Part shown: positions 11,401 through 22,500 of the stretch, in pieces | Position numbering within the stretch: the stretch's first letter is position 1 | How the letters are laid out: the number at the start of each line of letters is the position of its first letter | Source of the DNA: Camelus ferus | Taxonomy: Eukaryota | Reading direction: 5' to 3' | DNA length: 64,000 nt | Assembly: GCF_009834535.1 (NCBI RefSeq) | Contig: NC_045698.1 | Location: 1,304,001-1,368,000 of the forward strand | Notes under the pieces: generated by a model | What the model was told of the DNA's origin: nothing | What the model saw: only the letters and a program-made list of their open reading frames with translations | Database searches by the model: none | Program-made: the position numbers and the translations under genes

Positions 11401-12844
11401 CTTGGTGGGCCGATGGTTTCTGTGCACCAGCACCTTCCAGGGCCCTGCTCCAGCAAACCTGCCCACAGGCTCAGGGACACACGGAGCCACCTCTCCGCAC
11501 AGGAGCTCGAAACACGGTTAAAGCAACCACAGCGACCATGTTACCACAGGTGACCACCACACACCTTCATGTGATGGCTTCTGGTTGGGGCTCGGAGAAG
11601 GTGGGGGTGCGTAGAGTGCGGATTCCCGAGCCGAGGTGTGTCCCTGCGAGGTTCACGGCACACCTGTGGGTTCTGGATGCAGAGTGGATGGGGAGGCTCA
11701 GGCCAGAAATGCTGGGGGAGCCTCTGCATGGAACTTGAGGGTTTATTTCACAAACGCGGTTCCAAATAGGGTGGCATTTCGTGTGAGATTTGTGAGGGTA
11801 GGGGGTGGGACATGCACAGCCTGGAGGGAACCCCAGGCACGGACACCCCTGTAATCTTCCCGACAGGATGCTGGTTGGGGGAGCTGGTCAGCCACAGGTT
11901 CTTTGTCTGTTTCATCCCAATTTTATTAATGGCCTTCTCATGCTTTGGTTAAATCACACTATTTTAATAGTCACTTGTGAATTCCATATTTTGTTTCCAA
12001 TTATAAGCTACAAATCATTTGTTTATGGCGATCATTTAAGGCTCAGTGACACTCTGCCCTGGAATCAGGCTCCTGGGTGCACTTTAAATGTCGTTTGCCA
12101 GGGCTAATGAGTCTGCCCAGAAATAGACACCAGGAAGTAATTTACAGCCCATCTTCCCGGAGTGTCTGTATCTCCTGTGGACCGCTGCCCACGACAGTAA
12201 CTCACATCTGTTCCCCGTTTCCTTTGAAGCCTGCAGGTCCCAGCGCCTCCTGTGGAGACAAGGCCAGCTGTGCAGTTTGCTGCGTGCACTTGGGGGGTCT
12301 AGAGGCAAGTACCCCTCTCCCACCTGTGGACCATGGGTCCGATGCTTCCTTGTGCTCTTGGCCACAAAGCCTGGGAGGAAAGGGGAGGCCCCTTCCTCTG
12401 AGCCTGGCCGTGCAGTCTGGCACCTGGATAAGCTGTGTCCTGGCCGATGGCAATGAACTTGTGTGGACGGGGGCGCTGTTCAGATTCCACTCAGCTCGGA
12501 GCCGTGGCCGTGAACTCAGGACCCGGGGCCCCTCCGTCTTGGAGCTTCCTCACCGGAAACTTCACAGCAGCTGCCCCTCTGAGCCGTCAGGGCGGAGAGG
12601 AGAGGAAGCAGGCTTTACAAGACTGTCCTAGAGATGTGAATGCACGAGTCCATTACTCGGGTCCGGGGAGGCTTCCACACCTGCAGTCCTGTCTCATTCA
12701 AGTCGACGTCCACTTCAGCAGCACTCCGGACAGGAGCAGGCGAGACATGACTGCTTAGCAGTTATTCAGAAGAGAGCTTGGGACTTTTCCCTCGTCCCAA
12801 ATCGTCTGCTTTGGCTTCTTCAAGAAAATATGAGGAAAATCATG

Positions 12845-12985
12845 GCAACATGTACTCTGAGTGCTTCTGTTTGTAATTTAACCCTCAAAACGTCTCTGTG
12901 AGAGAGGCAGAGTTATTGCGCCTTTTCACATTTGGGAACTAAGGACCAGAGAGGGTGAGTGCATTTCCCCAGATCACACAGTGAC
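12845..12985 (-). mobile_element. MIR SINE fossil
   Basis: ATTTAACCCTCAAAAC...TTTTCACATTTGGGAACTAAGGACCAGAGAGGGTGAGTGCATTTCCCCAGATCACACAG resembles the antisense MIR core. Confidence 0.7.
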
Positions 12986-15464
12986 GTGTGTTCTCTTGGC
13001 GAGCAGGTTGCTGGGTGGTGCCAACCAGATATGTTACAGGTGGTGGCCTCTGGTCTCTCGGGTGTTAATGGACCCTGAGCTGCAAGGAACCACGAGGCCC
13101 CCAAGCTTCCCGGCGCATCCAGGGGCCGGGCTGGAGCCCCGCAGGATGTCCCCACCTGCCTTCCCGCCTTTCTTGCTCTCAACACCCGGTCAAAAGGCTG
13201 CTCTTTAGAGTTAGTTGCTTGCTTGTTTGCTCTGATGACATGTCTTGCCACGGCGGTGTCAGCGCGCACCTGCCGGGCGGGGGGCAGGGCAGGCTTCTGG
13301 GGGGCAGCCCGCCACCACCACCCCCCTCGGGGTCTGGGAGCGCTCACTCCTGGTTCCTGGGTGCTGGGGGGTTCATCTCGGCCGCATCACCACAGTTCTT
13401 TGTGGATCTGTGAGGACGGAAATGTGGAAAGCAGCCCTGAGAACTGGCGCCCTTAGCTTACCGCGAAGACCAGGCGGTTGTAACAGCATCTCTCTTCCCC
13501 GCAGACAGACTGCCATCAAGGGCGTTTTCAGCTCCCAAGGCGAGGCCAGCACCGCCTGGCGCCCGTCCATCCTCGCCCTCCTGGCCCCCCCTGCGTGGGG
13601 ACCTGGTGTGTCTGGGCATCTCAGGGTCCTTGGTCAGCTAAAGTCAGACAGATGTCCCACCCCTGTAACACGATTAGGTTTTTGCCAGTGCATGAAACAG
13701 TGCCGGTTAGCATTACCGAGTGACACTCACTGAGAGCGTGAGGGATGTCACACCTCCAGCCTCGGCCCGCTGTGTTTGGACACATGTTCTCCCAGATTAC
13801 CTGAGTAGCAGGGCCTCCTGAAGTTAGGGGGAGAGTTTGAAAATGCTGAGGGAAGCGGCTTCAGCCCTCCCGCCCCATGGGCTCTGGCGCGCGTGTGATG
13901 TTTGGAGACAGGAGGCGGGAAGACGTGTTCCAGAAAGGATGGGAGGCTGGGAAATTCATTTATTCTAAAGTTTTCTCTTAGAGTTGAGGGGATGAACTTA
14001 ACAGCCCCTGACCTCCGCGCCTCCCTTTTATTTCTTTTTGGGGCGTTGCCTGAACACCCAACTGGTGGATGGGCCTCATCCAGTGGGCTGGGCTCTCTGC
14101 TGGCAGCTGTGCTCAGGTGTGCCTGCCCGCACCTGCTCAGCAGTAAGAACTGTCCTCCAAGGCAGGACAGGAGGCGTGCGTGCAACCCAGCTGAGCACAG
14201 CCACCTCCTAGAGGCGGGCTGTGATTTCTCCTCCTCTTTGTTCGGGGAAACTCCTGCGTACCCGGTTTGATCAGGGGGCCGACTGAGGGCTGGTTTGGTG
14301 GAAAACAGGGGCAAGAAGCCCCACACGCCCTCCTATCTCCAGGGTGAAATTAGCAGGGGGTGGTGTTTCGAAGGCGTGTAGTGGGTGGGGAGGAGGCTGG
14401 GGAGAGGACCTTCCCACGCTTAGGAAACCTGTGCACTCAGGGTGGGGGGCTTGGGGACATCGAGGCCAGGCTGTGTCCCTCCTCTGGATCCACCAGCCAC
14501 GGAGCCCAGGGGGAAGCCCAGGGTGAAGCGGGATGAAGGGTGAGCAGCCCCAGGCAGAAGGCAGAGGCAGAGAGGCTCATCTCCACCCGGAGGCTGAGGC
14601 TCAGGGTGCCCCATGGTGCTGCGTCTGGGGGACAGACAAGGGGTGACATCATGCTGAGACCGGAGGCAGGGGCAGGGGCCGGACCACGGCCTGGCACTCT
14701 TCTACAGGCGGCTTTTTAACAAGACACCAGCGTCCCCCCTCCTCGACCGGCTCCCTTTGCTGCTCCCACTCTGTCTGCGTTGGGACGGCTTGGTCCCTGG
14801 CGTCAGGCGAGCCGAGGGCAGGAGCACCGGGGAGAAGGGGGCCTGGGTCTGACTGCAGCTCCTCAGTGTTGGGGCGCGATGTGTGCTCCTTCACGGGGTG
14901 TCCTGGAAACAGCAGGGTGGGCCCTACCCTCCTCCCCGTCCCAGGGGCTCCGGGTGCTGCAGCAGCTGCTGACTCTCGGGTGCCTCTCACCCCGATGGCA
15001 AGGGGCACGAGGAAGGAGTGACACCACCAGGGACAGCAAACCCTCGGGCTCTGCCGTCCTGATGCCGTGAGCCGTCCTCCACGCAGCGTCCTCGGCAGGA
15101 ACGGACCCTGTGTCTCCGAGACGGTCACTGAAGACACTCCTCTTGCTGAGAAAAGGGTGCCACAGCCCGGGGTCTCTCCTCACTGGCGTCTGTGCGAGAG
15201 GCGCCTCCCGGAGCCTCCCCGACGCTCGCAGCGCTTTGGCAGCAGACTCGGGTCTCTGGGAGCACTGGCGTTTGCTGCGACTGGTGACGTGTCTCAGGTA
15301 TTGACGTGGAATAGCGCAGATGCTCAAAGTCAGCAGTTCGGTGGAAGGTCTGAGAAGGCTGGCCCGGGAGGTGAGAGCGCAGCAACCCGGACCCTGCAGG
15401 GCGTGCGCACAGGTGGCCCTCTCTGCTCATCTCAGGCTGCTTTTGTATCTGCAGCAGCGTTTTA

Positions 15465-18400
15465 CTGGTTTACTTCACAGGGCTTGCCCACCTTCTGTCA
15501 AATTTATCTCTAAGTATCTAATGTGTTTCTAATGCTCTTGTAAGTGATCTTGTTCTGTTTTGTTTTTTCACTTTCCAGTAATTCGTTGTGAGTGTGCGGA
15601 AACATGACTGATTCCCCTGTATTGACCTTGTACCCTGTGACTTCGCTAACATCGCTGACTAATCCCGATAGCTTTTGTGGATTTTGTAGATTCCACCAGA
15701 TTTGCTACATAAATGATTGTGTCATCTAAACAATGAGGGCAGTTTTATTTTTTTCAATCTGGAAAATGTATATGTGTAACTTGTGTGGCGAGAATCTCCA
15801 GCCCAAGACTGAGCAGAAGCGATGGGAGCAGGTGTCTTGGCCTCCCTCCCGGCCTTGGGACACGAAGACGTTAGTCCTTCATCACTGGGGAGAGGACTAG
15901 CCGTGTCGTCTGGATGCTGTATGTTCGCAGACGCCCTCTGTCACGTTAGGGAAGTTTCTTCTATTACTGGCTTGTTGAGAATTGTTATCGAGGATGGATA
16001 TTGGGTTCCTCTCAGATGAACTTTCAGTACCTAGTACAATGACCATGTGGATTTTCCCTTTTAGTTTGGTAGTGAGGTGGATTGCTTTGATTAACTTTTG
16101 ATTTTTAAAACAATCTTGCATCTTGTGATAAACTCCATTTGCTTATAGCATACCATCTTTAGATTTATTGGATTTGGTTTGCTAACGTTTTGTTAAGAAT
16201 CTTTGCTTCTGTAAGAGATGTTTGTTTGCAGTTTTCTTGTAATACCTTTTAGTCTGGTTTCGGTTATATCAGTGTAATGCTGGCCATACTAACTTGGAAA
16301 GTATCACCTCTTTTTCATTTCATTTATAATCCTTCACAACTGTTTGGAAAATGTACCTGGGGATCCACCTCAAGTTTTTCAAGTGCAAAGGTCTTTAACT
16401 ACAGTTCAACTAGCAGTTTTACCTTTTGTAGTGGATGTAGAGCTATTCAGGTTAATTTTTATTTCTTTGAGTAAAACTTGAAAGTTTGTTCATTTAATAA
16501 ATTTATTTTTTCACCTAAGTTGTCAACTTGAAGGGTGTAGAGTTATTTGTATTATTCGATTATTTTCCTTTTAATATCTATAGACTCTGTAGTGATGTCT
16601 CATTTCTGATATTGCTCATTTGTATCTTCTCTTTTTTCTCTCCTGGTCAATATAACTAGAAGTTTATTAATTTTATTGAGCTCAAACAACAGCTTTTGGT
16701 TTCCTTCCTTGGTTTTTTTTTCTGTTTTTCCTATGCCATTAATTTCTATTCTTATCTTTTTTTCTCTATTTTCCTTTTTCTTTTTATTTCCTTTAGGCTT
16801 AATGTGCTGGTTTCTCTAGTTTCTTAAGGTAGAAGAAGAGGTGATTAATTTGATATGTTTCTCACTTTATAACGTAGGCACGTGAGCCTTATAAATAATG
16901 AGCATCCAGCTTAGCGCCGCCTAAGATGCACCCCGCGCATTTTGACGTGTTGTGTTATGCTTTTCATTCAGTTCCATTTTTTTTCTTTATATTTATTTTT
17001 TGGAAACACTTGTTTTAAGTGCTTTATACAGTTTACAAATATTTAGGAGTTTTCCAGATTTTTTCTGTTACTGACTTCTAATTTAATTTCATTGTGGTTA
17101 GAGAATATAGCTTGCATGATTTGAAGTCTTTCAAATTTACTAAGACTTGTGTTAGTGTCAGAGGATAGTATATCTTGGTAAGTATTTTGTGTGCCCTTGA
17201 GAACAGTAAGTACCTGAACGTGCAGACAGTGTGTACTGCAGTGCCCTGTGAGCGCAGCGCAGGGCGGGCGAGTTTGCAGCGCACGCTGTGCCTTCTGCGT
17301 GCTCCCCGATTTCCTCTCTACTTGCTCTAAACGTTACTGATGGAAAAGTGTTTAAATCTCTGATCATAATTGTGTATTTTTTCTAAAACCAGCAAAACTC
17401 CTTTAGTTTTATCAGTTTGTGCTTCGTATTATTAAGGGCATACATTTTTAAGGTTTTTTGTAGCTACTTGACGGATTGAACCCTTCACTATTATGAAATA
17501 ATCTTCTTTAACCCGGATAATATTCTTTGCTCTACTTTGTCTGATATTAATACAAGCAGTCCAACTTTCTTGGATTACTGTTGGAATGGTTTATATTTTC
17601 CCTTTTTTGCATTCAAGAGAGTTATAAAGGTTAAATTTTTTTGGTGATGGCTTCAGGGCATATGAGCTGAATGGTTAACTTACCGCAGTTACTTTCAGGT
17701 CATATGCTACCACGTCACGCGTAGAACGAGGGTCCAGTAAAAGTGCACTCACAGTTCACTCTCTTGGTCCTTGAGCTATTCTTGTTATAAATTATATTTC
17801 TACACATGTTTTAAACACCTCAATACACTATTGTTATTTTTCTTCAAATAGTCAATTGTCTTTCAAGAGATTTTTTAAAAAATGTCATTTATACTTACCT
17901 TTCTTGATGCTCTGTTTTATTCTAGATTCCAACCTGGTGCCATTTTCCTTCTTAAAAGACAGGTCAGCGGGCTATGAAGCCTTTTCAGCTTTTGTGTGTT
18001 TGAGGTCTGCTATGCCTTTTATGATGCCTTCATTTCTAAGTTATTTTTGCTGGGTGCGTTCTGTTCTGTTTTGTGTTTTCTGTCAGAACTTCGAAGCTGT
18101 TACTTCACTGTCCTCCGGTTTGAATTGTTTACAGTGAGAAGTCTGCCAGTGCTGGGTCTGCGTTCATGCTGTATTCCTCTACCTCTTCTCTGGCTAATTT
18201 TAAGGTTGTTTACCACTGACAAAGCAATTTGATTACAACACACCTTGTGTTAGTTTTCTTCATGTTTCTTGTGCTACAGTTTTGTTGAGCTTTGGAATCT
18301 GCCTAAATTCACCAACTTTAGACATTTTTAGATCACTTCTTCAAATACTTTTCCCTTCCCTTCCTCAGGATCTCAAACGACACACGCATTAGATCGAAGT

Positions 18401-18500
18401 CACCCCGCCACTCACTCGTGCTCAGTCTCTTCCGCTACGTGTTTACGTTTGGCTAGTTTTTCTTGCCATCTCCTCGGGCTGAAAACTCTTGCTTCACACA
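15465..18500 (-). mobile_element. Old LINE-1 (L1M class) fossil covering degraded ORF2 and ORF1 regions
   Basis: ~3 kb T-rich, AT-rich block in GC-rich surroundings, with antisense L1 motifs such as GTATTGACCTTGTACCCTGTGAC, GGATTTGGTTTGCTAACGTTTTGTTAAGAAT, TTTGCAGTTTTCTTGTAATACCTTT, TTTAATTTCATTGTGGTTAGAGAATATA, TTGTCTGATATTAATA and ORF1-type GAGAAGTCTGCC. No intact ORF. Confidence 0.9.
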
Positions 18501-18644
18501 GTTTGTCAGTTTTCTTTTTAGTTATATCAACTGGGAGAGTAACCCCCCTCCTATTACTCCATCTGGATAGAAATCTAGGTTGTTTTGAAAGTTGTCTAGA
18601 TCAGCGCCTACATTAGCAGCTGGCATAAGGGAGCTCATACCTTT

Positions 18645-18790
18645 AAATAATAAATACTGAGCAGCAACTACATCCCAGGCTTTGTTCCAGATGCTAGGGC
18701 GGTGGGATGGAACCAAACAGACAAAATCACCTCCCCGTGTGGGGTTTACCTCCGTCTGGTGCAGAGGACAGTGAACAGGTAAGCAGGATG
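18645..18790 (-). mobile_element. L2 LINE 3' end fossil
   Basis: AAATACTGAGCAGCAACTACATCCCAGGCTTTGTTCCAGATGCTAGGG...AACCAAACAGACAAAATC...CCC...GGGGTTTAC...TCTGGTG resembles the antisense L2 3' terminus. Confidence 0.7.
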
Positions 18791-18861
18791 CATCATATGA
18801 ATGATAAATGCAGAAACTGGAATGTCCTGGAGAACTGTTTCTAACCTTTAAATCTTGACAT

Positions 18862-18975
18862 TCTCTGTAGTAAGATAATAGTAATTAGGGTCTCTACCTT
18901 ATAGGGATTTCAGAAGATTAACAAAGATAATATGTTCAAAGCCTTTGTAACTGTGTCTGGTACATAGTAAGTATG
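18862..18975 (+). mobile_element. MIR SINE 3' half
   Basis: TCTGTAGTAAGATAATAGTAAT...CTACCTTATAGGGATTTCAGAAGATTAA...AAAGC...TGTCTGGTACATAGTAAGT matches the MIR core and tail. Confidence 0.8.
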
Positions 18976-19004
18976 TGTGCGGTACAAACCCCTCAGGTAT
19001 TAGC

Positions 19005-19510
19005 TGTCACGGTTGTCATCGCCATCCTCACCACCGACATCGTGATCACCACCACCACCACCGCTGTATCATCATTGCCGTCATCACCCTCCCCATCACT
19101 GTCCTCACTGCCTTCATCATACCAACACCCTCGCCATCGTCATCACCACACCTCGTCATAACTGCCATCATCAGCAACATAACCCACATCATCACCATTA
19201 GTGTCATCACCACTGTCCTGCCAGCGTCACCACCATCCCCACCACTACCATCATGATCATCACCACCGTCATCCCCACCACCCTCACCACCGCTCACATC
19301 TTCACTAGCACCATCAGCAACATGACCACCAGCGTTATCATCATCCCACCACTGTCATCTCCAGCACCCTCACATCACCAACAGCATAGCCATCACCACC
19401 ATCATCACCAGCACCTTATCTTCAGTATCATCATCACCACCACCGTCACCATCGCCAGCATCACCACCGTCACCATCATCACCTCATTATCGGCATCACC
19501 CACACCAGCA
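19005..19510. repeat. Degenerate (CAC/CAT)n trinucleotide low-complexity repeat, ~500 bp
   Basis: Continuous CAC/CAT/CAG triplets, e.g. CATCACCACCATCATCACCAGCACC. Explains the His/Thr/Ile-rich ORFs in the track. Confidence 0.95.
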
Positions 19511-22500
19511 CTTACTCCTGAAAAGGTCGTCTTCCTAGTCTGGATACTCGACACCTTTGTTGCCATCTGTGGAGGAACGGTTGAGTGACATGGGCTTCCA
19601 TCCAGGGGAGAAAAAGAGAACTCTGTAAGCTGGGTGCCAAGCTAATCCTTTCCATTAGGATGAGAGAACAAAACCTTGATTTCAGACTCTGAGAAATGAC
19701 TTTTCCTACAGACAGTACTAGTTACACAGAGCCCCTACTGTTTCTAATTCCACTCTCAAATTCAGAGCTAGAGGTGACTCCAGCAGCACCAGAGTGGAAT
19801 GAATTTCGATTTCAATCATTTTACTGGCATGACAAGGTGTACAAGGATTGCCAATGTTAATACATCAAAGCCCAGTGTCTCCGAGGTGTCGTGGAGTGTG
19901 TGCCTTTCCAAGTCGGTGTCAGGCTGTAGCTACTTTAGGTTGTTCCTGCCAAAATTTAGGCTTATTTCAATATTAAAGCTTTTCTTCTTACATCTGCTTT
20001 GACAGGATCTCTTGACCATTTTCAAAAATTGGGGAGGAATATTGTCTACATTTCCGCATCTTGTAAGGAGGAGTGAAAACCACTTGCTGCCCAATTCAGT
20101 GCTTTCCTAGGACAATGACTGAGTTCCGTTCCAATCGCTTTTTCTGGTCAGTGAGATCGGGAGCGGGGATAAGCCAGGAGCGTCACGCTAGCGGTCGTGT
20201 CTGCCCGGCAAGCACGAGGACGTGCGGCTGGTCAGGGCTGGTCAGGGCTGGCCAGGCACTGGATGCTTAGGAAATGCAATTCACACGGTTCAGTGATCAC
20301 GGAAGAACCATGTTAGCAATTACTCCACCATCTTATCTTGAGATAAAATTACTGACTTTGAGATGTGACAGTTTGGCCAACAATCCAACAGTACTTCTGA
20401 GGACTTTTTCCTCACAGCATCAAAGAGCACTGCTTATCAATTTTGTTCTATTTGAATTTCTACAGTGGTGCGTGGCCACGGTCAGGGAGGGAATCAGCCA
20501 GTACATACATTGTATTTTGTCCAGTAATATAGTGTTGTCTTTAAAGCTCCATCTTTCTTTCCCTTATTCCTTAAATCCAACATAGGAATTGTAGAAATAC
20601 GAGAAACGTTCTGTGTTTTTCTAACCCTCTAATTCTTCCTCCCAGACTCCTGCTCCACAGAGTCAGTGAAGGGCAGGCATCAGGACCGGAAAATTCTAGG
20701 TAAGTTTAGGTGTTTCCTGACCCAGTTCCAACGTTCTCAGACCTACAGTCTAATATAATCTTTTCAGTAAACTGAGGCTTTTCTGGTATTTTCTAAAAAA
20801 TCAGGCATTTCTTGTGTCTGACAAATTGTGGCTTCAAATGTTCTGTGTTACAAGCCACCCTCTGCTCCTCCCCTGTGACCTGCCCCCTGCCCAGTGAGTT
20901 CTGATTTTGGAGACTCTGTTTGTGCAACAGTTCCCTAACACTCTCTGTTTCGTATTTTGCGACTGTCTCCCTGGTGGTTAAAATGCATCGAGCCAGGACT
21001 GCATTTCAAGCAGGTTTGCTTTTCCAGAGCCCGGAGGTGCCCAGCTCACTGTGTGCAAAAGAAAATGGATAATGAAGCACTTTAATTAATGTGAATGTTA
21101 TGAAATTTTAACTGAGGTTGATGGGCTCCGGTTAAGAATCCATCACTGTCTCTTAATTCTCTGATGAATCTGAGAATCCATGAAACGAAACACCGCCAAG
21201 CTACTCACACACGAAGAGCCAGTAGGACGGGAAGCCTTTGATTTATCGGCTGCCACGTGGGCCGGGTCTGCTGCAGCGTCCCGGGCCTGTGTGAGCCCAC
21301 AGTGAAGGTCACTCCTGCCCTCATAGCACCTCATATTCCAGCCTGCGCTCAATCACCAGCCTGCTTTAGGAGGCTTTGACTGATAAACATATTAATTATA
21401 GAATGACTCCTTCCCTGGATGGCTGAGGAGCTGTGTTTCAGGGCAGGTCATACGACTGGGAGGAGAAGAGTCCCTGGCAGGGTCCCGGCAGGCCCCCCAG
21501 GAGGGAACAGGATCCCTGGCGAGCTCCTCCGGGCACAGTTTTCTGAAGACTGGAAACTGAGGGTTCCTTCTGGGCCCTCAGTAGCCCAGAGTTCTGAGCA
21601 AAGTCAAATTTACAGTAACGCTGGGCTCCTGGTCTTAACCCACTTAGAGAGGATTCTCGGCCTTTCCCAGTGGGCCCAGTACTTCTGTGAGGTGCTGGGG
21701 GCTTCCTGGCCCATGAGCCGGCCCCCTTCCCTGTCCTTGTCACCTCAGCTGCCTGGGACGCAGCCCCTCCACCCCGGCTCTGGCCGCTGAGCTGGGCCTC
21801 TGGTCAGCCCGCCCGCTGTCCCTCGAGCCTGGTTGAGAAGACGTGCTCCCTCCTTCCTCATGGTGCCCAGTTTGCCTGGGTTCCTCCGTCCCATGGGGCC
21901 ACAGGGCTGGGTTTGCCTGGCAGGGATGGCGGGGCGGGGATGGGGTCCCGTCCCACTGCCCCCGACGCCGGCCCTGGGGCTGCCCGAGGCTCAGTCCGCT
22001 GCAGGCCAGCCCCCTTCACACTTGCGTCTGTGGGCTCTCGCGGTGAGATCTAGTCCACGTGGATGTGAAGGGCTGCGGACCTTTCTGATCACATTACGTG
22101 TTATAAAACTTGTAGTGGAAAAAAAAATCGAAACTTTTCAACAATTGCTGCTAATCTAGGTCACTGCCTTCCTGGGAACCTGAAGTTGGCTTTTTAAACC
22201 TCAGTCACAAAGTTGCTGGGTTGGCTTTCTGCGTACTTTTGAGTGTCCTGTGCCGGCCCCACCAGTGCTGCGTGTTCTGAACAGGGCAGGGCAGGGGCGT
22301 CCTCTGGAGGCTGGCAGACGGCTGCCCGCAGGCAGCACAGACCAGACCTCCTCCCGGGCCATGTGCGCCGCCACCCCAGCCCAGGCTGTCCCACCTGCCA
22401 GCCGGCACACCTATGATGAGCTCAGTGGGTAACCTGACCTGGCATTTCCCTTCCTGCAAACTTGGAAACTTTCTGGAATAAGAACCTCAAAGCAAGATGT

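Noticed and set aside
18973..19588. His/Thr/Ile-rich (mucin-like or His-rich) ORFs
   Set aside because: They are translations of the CAY microsatellite, with no supporting exon structure.
21143..21365. Possible minus-strand exon ending at a GTGAGT donor (~21208)
   Set aside because: The upstream acceptor lacks a pyrimidine tract, all frames from it hit stops early and the peptide is unrecognised.
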